NCBI GenBank assembly: GCA_964016885.1
Contig: OZ024759.1
Span: 31,620,001-31,684,000 of the forward strand
Source: Eledone cirrhosa
Taxonomy: Eukaryota
Length of the DNA: 64,000 bases
Reading direction: 5' to 3'
The notes below the pieces were generated by a model that was not told the origin of the DNA, made no database searches, and saw nothing but the letters and a program-made list of their open reading frames with translations. The number at the start of each line of letters is the position of its first letter. Positions within the stretch are counted from its first letter, which is position 1. The translations under genes and the position numbers were made by a program. Positions 39,707 through 51,700 of the stretch are shown here, piece by piece.

Positions 39707-42700
39707 CTTGGAAGCTGTTACAATGCAGGTGGGGGTTTATATATATATATATACACCCCCACCTTCATTGTAACAGCTTCCAAGATAATACCTCTCTCTC
39801 TCTCCTTCTCTTTGTGCGCTACAATATATCTATTACTTCCTCTCTCCCTCCATACAGTATAGTATATCTATTGTTTCTCTCTCTCTCTACAGAATACTAT
39901 ATCTATTACTCCCTCTCTCCAAGATGCTATATCTTACTTCCCCTCGCTCTCTCTCTACAGTATACTATATCTTACTTCCCCTCGCTCTCTCTCTACAGTA
40001 TACTATATCTATTACTCCCTCTCTCCAAGATGCTATATCTTACTTCCCCTCTCTCTCTCTAGAGTATACTATATCTATTACTCCCTCTCTCCAAGATGCT
40101 ATATCTTACTTCCCCTCGCTCTCTCTCTACAGTATACTATATCTATTACTCCCTCTCTCCAAGATGCTATATCTTACTTCCCCTCGCTCTCTCTCTACAG
40201 TATACTATATCTATTACTCCCTCTCTCCAAGATGCTATATCTTACTTCCCCTCTCTCTCTCTACAGTATACTATATCTATTACTCCCTCTCTCCAAGATG
40301 CTATATCTTACTTCCCCTCGCTCTCTCTCTACAGAATACTATATCTATTACTCCCTCTCTCCAAGATGCTATATCTTACTTCCCCTCTCTCTCTCTACAG
40401 TATACTATATCTATTACTCCCTCTCTCCAAGATGCTATATCTTACTTCCCCTCGCTCTCTCTCTACAGAATACTATATCTATTACTCCCTCTCTCCAAGA
40501 TGCTATATCTTACTTCCCCTCGCTCTCTCTCTACAGTATACTATATCTTACTTCCCCTCGCTCTCTCTCTACAGAATACTATATCTATTACTCCCTCTCT
40601 CCAAGATGCTATATCTTACTTCCCCTCTCTCTCTCTACAGAATACTATATCTATTACTCCCTCTCTCCAAGATGCTATATCTTACTTCCCCTCGCTCTCT
40701 CTCTACAGTATACTATATCTATTACTCCCTCTCTCCAAGATGCTATATCTTACTTCCCCTCTCTCTCTCTACAGTATACTATATCTATTACTCCCTCTCT
40801 CCAAGATGCTATATCTTACTTCCCCCCCCCTCTCTCTCTCTACAGAATACTATATCTCTATTACTCCCTCTCTCCTAGATGCTATATCTTACTTCCCCTC
40901 TCTCTCTCTACAGTATACTATATCTATTACTCCCTCTCTCCAAGATGCTATATCTTACTTCCCCCTCTCTCTCTCTCTCTACAGTATACTATATCTATTA
41001 CTCCCTCTCTCCAAGATGCTATATCTTACTTCCCCCTCTCTCTCTCTCTCTACAGTATACTATATCTATTACTCCCTCTCTCCAAGATGCTATATCTTAC
41101 TTCCCCTCGCTCTCTCTCTACAGTATACTATATCTATTACTCCCTCTCTCCAAGATGCTATATCTTACTTCCCCCTCTCTCTCTCTCTCTACAGTATACT
41201 ATATCTATTACTCTCTCTCTCCAAGATGCTATATCTTACTTCCCCTCTCTCTCTCTACAGTATACTATATCTATTACTCCCTCTCTCCTAGATGCTATAT
41301 CTTACTTCCCCCTCTCTCTCTCTCTCTACAGTATACTATATCTATTACTCCCTCTCTCCAAGATGCTATATCTTACTTCCCCTCTCTCTCTCTACAGTAT
41401 ACTATATCTATTACTCCCTCTCTCCAAGATGCTATATCTTACTTCCCCTCTCTCTCTCTACAGTATACTATATCTATTACTCCCTCTCTCCTAGATGCTA
41501 TATCTTACTTCCCCCTCTCTCTCTCTCTCTACAGTATACTATATCTATTACTCCCTCTCTCCAAGATGCTATACCTTACTCCCCCCCCTCTCTCTACAGT
41601 ATACTATATCTATTGTCTTCTATGTTTCAGCTGCTTGTGTTGAAATACGTTCAAAACAAGGATGTGTTCATGAGGTACCACAAAGCTCACCTCACCCGCC
41701 GTCTCATTCTCGACACATCGGCTGATAATGAGAAAGAAGAGAATATGGTTGAATGGCTCAGAGTAAGTTATAATAATAATAATAATGAAATTATTGTGTA
41801 CAGGGGTGGAGAGGGCCCCAGTGTCCAGTAAGACAACCTCTCTAGTGCTGGTGGCACGAATAAAAGCACCCAGTTCGTGTTGTAAAGTGGTGCTGGTGTC
41901 AGGAAGAGCATCCAACCAGTATATATTAATGCCAAAAACTACGAGCACAACTGATGAGTGCTCAGCTGCACTACAACTCATCAAAGGTGCATGTACAGTA
42001 CATAGAATAATGTATAAATGTCAGGAAAGTGAACAGTGTATTAGTCATGATATACATGTGTTCGTGTGTATGGAGGTGGGGATATCAGGTGTAGTGTTAT
42101 ATGTTAACACTCATTCTTGTTATCCTCCTTGCTATCTTTGTCTTTTTAGCAACTATTATTCATCTTCATCATTGCCTGGGTTAACTGGGTTGTCATGTTA
42201 TGAAATAATCAGGTCCAGAGATTTGGGGTAGGTTTATATGGCTGGATGTCCTTCCTAACTCCAGTCATGTACCTTATTTCCCAGTGCCGAAGACGCACCC
42301 TAATTTTGATAACCAAAAATTAAAAAAAAAAATAATAATTGTTTCTACTTTTGGCACAGGGCCAGCAATTACCCAGTGCATTACTGCTACTTTATTTTAT
42401 CGACCCCGTAAGGATGAAAGGCAAAGTTAACCTCGGCGGGATTTGAACTCAGATCATAAAGAGACGTAACTCTATGCTTCAAAGCATGGTGTCCGACTCT
42501 CTACCGATACTGCCAATCCACTGCCCAAAAATAATAATAAACATAGAAATGCAACCTTTGGGCCTCCAGGACCCATGGTAGATTTTTGAGACTTATTTTA
42601 GGGAAAAAGTAGCGCCTTCGACTCCAGGAAATACAGTATGTTACAGTGTAAACCGGGTGATTTTTATCATGGCATCGAAACGACCCTTTAACAGGGTGGA

Positions 42701-45700
42701 CAGTAGTTTTAGTTGTGTCACTAGCACAACCCACCTTACTGGGTGAGCTGGGCCCTTTTTGTCGTGTCACCAGTTTGACCCTATTTATTATTTAAGTTCA
42801 AATCCCGCCAATGTTAGCTTTGCCTTTCGTCCTTACGAGGTCAATAAAATAAATTACCAGTAACACACTGGGATCAATATAATTGACTTTCCCTTCCCCT
42901 AAAATTGTTGCCCATGTGCCTAAATCAGAAGCTGTTATAATTATTAGAGTTACGGCCCTTTATGATCTGAGTTCAAAATCCTGCCGAGGTAATTGCTGAC
43001 CTTGTACCAAAAGTAGAAACAATTATTAACCCTTTAGCATTCACATTACTCTATATATACTATTATATTTTCACAGGTAAGGCTTTATCTCACATAATAT
43101 CGAATCTATGAGATTTTGAAAGTATTTATTTTGAGAACAATACCTTAACATCAGTTTAAGTGACCAGTTACAGTTTCAACAGAAAGAGGTAGAGAATTCT
43201 GACCGGTTTTGACCGGTTTGAACACTAAAGGGTTAAGGGCGGTGGATTGGCAGTATTGGCAGAATGTTGCACACCATGCTTTGCAGCATAGAGTTACGTC
43301 CCTTTGCATTCTGAGTTCAAATCCCACCGAGGTTAGGCAGCTTTGTCTTTCATCCTTTATGTGGTTGATAAAATAAAGTACCAGTAATGTCAATTTAATC
43401 GACTCTCCCCCCCCCCCCCCAATTGCTGCCCTTGTGCCAATAGTAGAAATTATTATTATTATTTTATTATTTAGGTTGGCAGTATCGGTAGAGGGTCGGA
43501 CGCCATGCTTTGACGCATAGTGTTACGGCCCTTGCCATTCTGAGTTCAAATCCCGCCGAGGTTAACTTTTCCTTTCATCCTTACGGGGCCGATATAATAA
43601 AGTACCAGTAATGCACTGAGTAATTGCTGGCCTTGTGCCAAAAAGTAGAAACAATTATTATTATTATTTTTATTTTTATTGTTTTCCTAGGAAGTTGGAA
43701 TGCCTGCTGAGTATGTAAATAAACTAGCTCGAATGTTCCAAGACATTCAAGTCAGTGAAGATCTTAACCAAGAATTCAAAGAAGTCTTTCGAAACAATAA
43801 CAATGATGCATTAGCAGGTGAGAAATGTGAGATTGACCATTTTTTATTATTTTATTATTGTATTTCGCTTTTGCTTTTGCTTTCTATGCATTATATATAT
43901 ATATATTTAAGCATAGATATATATGGTTGTATGTATTTATAGATATATAACCATAAATATATGTGTGTGTGTATATACATATAAGCATAGATATGTGTGT
44001 ATGTATATGGGTGTGTATGTGTATATATATATATATATATATATGTATATGTATAAGTGTAAACATGTGTATGTATATGTATATATATATATATTTATAT
44101 GTGTGTGTGTGTATATATATATTAATGAGGTAAAGATTCGATGGTGGGCAGTCGTTTCGACTTATAACCTCATAGCACCAGCTTATAAACCTCGCAGCAC
44201 CAGCACTACCACCTTACAGCATGTATTGGGTGTATTTTATTATGTCACCATCACAACCATTTTACAGAGTGGGCTGGGTGTATTTTATTGTGCCACCATC
44301 ACTACCACTACCACCTTACAGAGTGGAGTGGTGTATTTTATTGTGCCACCATCACTACCACCTTACAGAGTGGATTGGTGTATTTTATTGTGGCACCAGC
44401 ACTACCACCTTACAGAGTGGAGTGGTGTATTTTATTGTGCCACCATCACTACCACTACCACCTTACAGAGTGGAGTGGTGTATTTTATTGTGGCACCAGC
44501 ACTACCACCTTACAGAGTGGAGTGGCCTGAGTGTATTTTATTGTGGCACCAGCACTACCACCTTACAGAGTGGAGTGGGTGTATTTTATTATGACACAAT
44601 TTCTACCACTTTACAGAGTGGACTGGGTGTTTTTATTGTGGCACCAGCACTACCACCTTACAGAGTGGAGTGGGTGTATTTTATTATGACACAATTTCTA
44701 CCACTTTACAGAGTGGACTGGGTGTTTTTATTGTGGCACCAGTACTATCCCCTTACAGAGTGGACTGAGTGTATTTTATTATGACACAATTTCTACCACT
44801 TTACAGAGTGGACTAGGTGTATCTTATAAGCTGAAACCACTCAAACTTATGAAATATCTATCCTATTATTATACCCACTCTGCAACTTACCATGCATTAT
44901 GTACTACTCTAGTTTGTGGTCTTCATACTACAGACTCTACACACACACATATATACCATTTATGTTGTGTGGTTTACCAATGGGTAGATCTGGTCGTTCC
45001 AGTTAGCAGACTATGATGTAATTAATAGTCTGAAGCACTTTATGTTATGCCCATCATCCTTTGTAGATGTGGTATCTCATGGTTGGTGCAGGGATGGAGT
45101 TAGATATTTTTTTAATGTTGCAAAATTACAATACATATTTCTATGGCCTAGTTACATCATCAGACTGTGACGTAAGTCTTTAGACATTGCAAAAGTCTTA
45201 TGTCATGATCTGATGTAACCACCCCATAGAAATATGTATTGTTTCGAGTTTGGCATTCTGTTGTCTTTTAAACAAACAAATAGATATATGTATGGTGTAT
45301 TTTGGTGTGTAATGTTTAGTTACTATTGGGTGTATAGTATTGTGGCACCAGCTCTGCCATTTTACAGTGTGAACTGGGTGTATTTTATTGTTCCACCAGC
45401 ATTACCACATTACAGAGTGGACTGGGTGTATTTTATTGTTCCACCAGCACTACCACTTTACAGTGTGGACTGGGTGTATTTTATTGTGGTCCCAACACTA
45501 CCACATTACAGTGTGGACTGGGTGTATTTTATTGTGGTCCCAACACTACCACATTACAGTGTGGACTGAGTATTTTATTGTACCACCAACACTACCACAT
45601 TACAACTTGAACTGGGTGTATTTTATGGTGAGCAAGATATTTCATCTCACATTGCTCCTGTCCACTCAGCTGGGAGTTAATCTCACAACAGACTGGCAAT

Positions 45701-48700
45701 GCCAGGGGGTAGTCTTGTGCTCTCTGTTGAATGACACCACATGAAACCGTGGTCAGTTCCAGCCTGATGTGGCTCGAGAAAAACTTTAACCCTTTAGTTT
45801 CTCATAAAATACACTGCATATGATGTTCAAATAATATTGAAACTAGTCAAGAATTTAGAAGTATTTAGTGATATAACTAACTTTCTCGATATAACACTGG
45901 TGTTTGGAACATAACTTAATGAAGGTTCTTACATCAATAAATATAAACATATTACCACTGTATATTAGAAAGTACAAATTAATTATTAACATTTAAAATT
46001 AAAGTCTATACAATAATTCTGCAATTTTTACAACAATCTGTCTATTATTAAAGATACTATAAAAAATCTGAATTAAAAAGTCTGTGTTTAAAAATATTTT
46101 CTGCTAAATCATTACAGGATGTTAAGAGTTAAAACAGTAACAGTCATGTATCCTAGAACCAGGGTCAATTTCATGAGGTTTGGTTTCTTAAGAGTGAGCA
46201 TGTATAACTGAATATATCTATAATGTTAAATACTTGTAATTTTTAGATGCTATCAATATAAAAATTTTGAATGCTGGTGCCTGGGCTAGAACTAGTGACC
46301 GTATATCGGTTACATTACCAATGGAACTAGAAGATTACATACCACAAGTCGAAGAATTTTACAGACAAAAACACAATGGACGCAAATTACAGTGGCATCA
46401 TCTAATGTCCAATGGTGTGGTGAGTTAATTTACCAAATACCTCGTGTGGTTTTGTTGTTTGGGTTTTTTTTTATCTTGCAACTCTATACAATTTTTTAAA
46501 CCTACAACTCCATATATTTTGTTTTGTTTGTTTTTTTTAAACTGCTCCCTCTAGTCACATAACAATCTACCTTTACTCTCTGGTCACATATCTATCATTC
46601 TACCCTGCTCTCTCTAGCCACATAACAATCTACCTTAATCTCTCCAGTCATATATATCTATCAATCAACCCTTGATCTGTCTCTAATCACATAACAATCT
46701 ACCTTTGCTCTCTCTCTGGTCATATATCTATCAATCAACCCTTGATCTGTCTCTAATCACATAACAATCTACCTTTGCTCTCTCTCTGGTCATATATCTA
46801 TCAATCAACCATTGATCTCTCTCTAATCACATAACAATCTACCTTTGCTCTCTCTCTGGTCATATATCTATCAATCAATCCTTGATCTCTCTCTAGTCAC
46901 ATAACAATCTACCTTTGCTCTCTCTCCAGTCATATATCTATCAATCAACCCTTGATCTGTCTCTAATCACATAACAATCTACCTTTGCTCTCTCTCTGGT
47001 CATATATCTATCAATCAATCCTTGATCTCTCTCTAGTCACATAACAATCTACCTTTGCTCTCTCTCCAGTCATATATCTATCAATCAATCCTTGATCTCT
47101 CTCTCTAGTCACATAACAATCTACCTTTGCTCTCTCTCTGGTCATATATCTATCAATCAATCCTTGATCTCTCTCTAGTCACATAACAATCTACCTTTGC
47201 TCTCTCTCCAGTCATATATCTATCAATCAATCCTTGATCTCTCTCTCTAGTCACATAACAATCTACCTTTGCTCTCTCTCCAGTCATATATCTATCAATC
47301 AATCCTTGATCTCTCTCTAGTCACATAACAATCTACCTTTGCTCTCTCTCCAGTCATATATCTATCAATCAATCCTTGATCTCTCTCTAGTCACATAACA
47401 ATCTACCTTTGCTCTCTCTCCAGTCATATATCTATCAATCAATCCTTCATCTCTCTCTAGTCACATAACAATCTACCTTTGCTCTCTCTCCAGTCATATA
47501 TCTATCAATCAATCCTTGATCTCTCTCTAGTCACATAACAATCTACCTTTGCCCTCTCTCCAGTCATATATCTATCAATCAATCCTTGATCTCTCTCTCT
47601 AGTCACATAACAATCTACCTTTGCCCTCTCTCCAGTCATATATCTATCAATCAATCCTTGATCTCTCTCTAGTCACATAACAATCTACCTTTGCTCTCTC
47701 TCCAGTCATATATCTATCAATCAATCCTTGATCTCTCTCTAGTCACATAACAATCTACCTTTGCCCTCTCTCCAGTCATATATCTATCAATCAATCCTTG
47801 ATCTCTCTCTCTAGTCACATAACAATCTACGTTTGCTCTCTCTCCAGTCATATATCTATCAATCAATCCTTGATCTCTCTCTAGTCACATAACAATCTAC
47901 CTTTGCTCTCTCTCCAGTCATATATCTATCAATCAATCCTTGATCTCTCTCTCTAGTCACATAACAATCTACCTTTGCCCTCTCTCCAGTCATATATCTA
48001 TCAATCAATCCTTGATCTCTCTCTAGTCACATAACAATCTACCTTTGCTCTCTCTCCAGTCATATATCTATCAATCAACCCTTGATCTGTCTCTAATCAC
48101 ATAACAATCTACCTTTGCTCTCTCTCTGGTCATATATCTATCAATCAATCCTTGATCTCTCTCTAGTCACATAACAATCTACCTTTGCTCTCTCTCTGGT
48201 CATATATCTATCAATCAATCCTTGATCTCTCTCTAGTCACATAACAATCTACCTTTGCTCTCTCTCCAGTCATATATCTATCAATCAATCCTTGATCTCT
48301 CTCTAGTCACATAACAATCTACCTTTGCCTTCTCTCCAGTCATATATCTATCAATCAATCCTTGATCTCTCTCTCTAGTCACATAACAATCTACCTTTGC
48401 CCTCTCTCCAGTCATATATCTATCAATCAATCCTTGATCTCTCTCTAGTCACATAACAATCTACCTTTGCTCTCTCTCCAGTCATATATCTATCAATCAA
48501 TCCTTGATCTCTCTCTAGTCACATAACAATCTACCTTTGCCCTCTCTCCAGTCATATATCTATCAATCAATCCTTGATCTCTCTCTCTAGTCACATAACA
48601 ATCTACCTTTGCCCTCTCTCCAGTCATATATCTATCAATCAATCCTTGATCTCTCTCTAGTCACATAACAATCTACCTTTGCTCTCTCTCCAGTCATATA

Positions 48701-51700
48701 TCTATCAATCAATCCTTGATCTCTCTCTAGTCACATAACAATCTACCTTTGCCCTCTCTCCAGTCATATATCTATCAATCAATCCTTGATCTCTCTCTCT
48801 AGTCACATAACAATCTACCTTTGCCCTCTCTCCAGTCATATATCTATCAATCAATCCTTGATCTCTCTCTAGTCACATAACAATCTACCTTTGCTCTCTC
48901 TCCAGTCATATATCTATCAATCAATCCTTGATCTCTCTCTAGTCACATAACAATCTACCTTTGCCCTCTCTCCAGTCATATATCTATCAATCAACCCTTG
49001 ATCTCTCTCTAGTCACATAACAATCTACCTTTGCTCTCTCTCTGGTCATATATCTATCAATCAACTATTGATCTCTCTTTAGTCACATAACAATCTACCT
49101 TTGCTCTCTCTCCAGTCATATATCTATCAATCAACCATTGATCTCTCTTTAGTCACATAACAATCTACCTTTGCTTTCTCTCCAGTCATATATCTATCAA
49201 TCAATCCTTGATCTCTCTCTAGTCACATAACAATCTACTTTTGCTTTCTCTCCAGTCATATATCTATCAATCAACCATTGATCTCTCTCTAATCACATAA
49301 CAATCTACCTTTGCTCTCTCTCCAGTCATATATCTATCAATCAATCCTTGATCTCTCTCTAGTCACATAACAATCTACCTTTGCTTTCTCTCCAGTCATA
49401 TATCTATCAATCAACCATTGATCTCTCTCTAATCACATAACAATCTACCTTTGCTCTCTCTCTGGTCATGTATCTATCAATCAACCCTGATCTCTCTAAC
49501 CACATACCTATCATTCTACCCGTCTCTCTCTACTCATACCCATCATTCTACCCTGCTCTCTCTCTAGTCACATAACAATCTTCCACTGATCTCTCTAATC
49601 ACACATCTAACAATCTCCCATGATCTCTCTAGTTACTTATCTAACAATTTCCCCTGATCTCTCTAATCACCCACCCATCATTCTATCCTGATCTCTCTAA
49701 TCACATACCCATCATTCTATCCTGCTCTCTCTTCTCACTCTAGCCACATAACAATCTCCCCTGCTCTCTCTCGTCACATGTCTAACAATATTCCCTGATC
49801 TCTCTAGTCCCATATCCATCATTCTGTCAATTTACTTTCATTCTATTCTGCTCTCTTCTTGCAATTCCTTTGATAGATAACTTTTTGTAATGATTTCGGC
49901 CGGTTTGATTTAGAAGTGACAACCTTCCAAATGGGTGTTTTGTTTGCCTGGAACCAGAGGCCTAAGGATAAGATCTCATATGAAAGTCTACGGTTAGCAA
50001 CTGAGTTGCCTGATTCGGAACTACGAAGGACTCTTTCAGTAAGCAGTCTTTCTTTTTTAGTCTTGTTTTTTGTGCCTTATTCATATTTCTTGGTTGTGTG
50101 TATGTGTGTGTGTCACAGGCATGAAGGTTTGGTTAAGATGTTCCCTTCAGAACTATAGAGTGGGTGGAAAGAAACTCCTACTGAAAATGAATTATAACTT
50201 TTGGCCTATTGTGACCACTCAGGACAACACCAGTGACTTTAAATTTATGAAAGATGGGGACTCTCCTTATTTTGCACACGCTGTCCATGATTGGTTCAAT
50301 GTCCAATTTCCAGGGCATTGGCTGGGTCGTTGAAGTCCACATGAATGGCCAGCAAGAAGCCCTGACTTAATGCCATGTAATTCTTTTCCTGTGGGGGTGG
50401 CCAAAGGAAGAAGTCTATAGCTCAAAACCAAAAACTCTGAATCAATTGAAGGAATGCATTCGTCATGTACTTACCAAAATACTGCCTGAGTTCCCAATGA
50501 AGTGGGTCGAGAGAATACCTAGATAATTACAAATACTGGTGGACAATGTTGGTGCTTATGAAGAATTTTAACACTGTAATATACTTCTGCATTATACTTT
50601 TTTAAAAAAAACATGTTTTATGAAAATTGACCAATAATTAATAAAGTTATTAATAATTTTAAATACGGGGTTTCTTTTCGTAGACATTCTAACCACGTCT
50701 AACAGACTCATAACGAATATTTCTAATTAACTTTTAATTGTTTGAAATCTTTTGTTTTCAGTCTTTTGTTGCATTTCCCAAGTTGAAGAAACAGGTTCTT
50801 TTATGTGAACCTGAAGCAAAATCTCCCAAAGACTTTGAAGATAGTACTCAATTCTGGATTAATCAAAAGTTTGCTCTCATGTAAGGATTTGTAATTTATC
50901 ATTTCTACTTCTATTGGGCAGTAGATTGGCGCCATCGGTAGAGCATCGGTCAACATGCTTTGTGGTACAGAGTTACGTCTCTTTATTTTCTGAGTTCAAA
51001 TCACGCAGAGGTTAACTTTGTCTTTTATCCTTACGGAGTCAATAAAATAAAGTACCAGTAATGCACTGGGAGAAGAAAGTCAATTAAATCGATCCCACTG
51101 TATTAATGGTACTTTATTTTTATTTGTTTTTAACCCTTTAACGTTCAAACCAGCCAAAACCGGCCAGAATTCTTTACCTCTTTCTGTTGAAACTGGCTGT
51201 AACAGGCTGCTCAAACTGATGTTACGGTATTGTTCTCAAAATAGATACTTTCAAAATCTCATAGATTCGATATTATATGAGATAATTATGTGAGATAAAG
51301 CCTTTACCATGAAAATATAATAGTATATATAGAGTAATGTTAAAGGGTTAAACTTCCTTTTATATCACCCTGACCCCAAAACATCTCTCTATATATACAC
51401 GAAGATAGTCTAATAAAAAAAAAAGGGGGGTATGCTATTAAATATGACATTTCTATTTTAATGGTGTATGTTGTGTTTTCTGTAGTAAAAATGGAAGACC
51501 ACAGAAGAGAGGTCGTATCAATCTAGTTGGTCGGCTGCAGTTATCCACAGAGAAGAGTAAAGAGGAAGACAATGAAAGCATCATGCAGCTGAGGATTCTA
51601 CGTGTCCAGGTTTGTTTCAGTCATTATTTTTTTATAAACATAAGGGTTACAGTCAGTAGGATCCTCCAAACCAAACATACACCATCCAAACCCACTACCC

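Noticed and set aside
39924-41643. Long ORFs (up to 455 aa) in three frames
   Set aside because: They result from a stop-poor minisatellite inside a CUL5 intron.
39810-49810. CRISPR-like appearance of regular repeats
   Set aside because: Units are contiguous with no unique spacers, there are no cas genes, and the context is eukaryotic introns.
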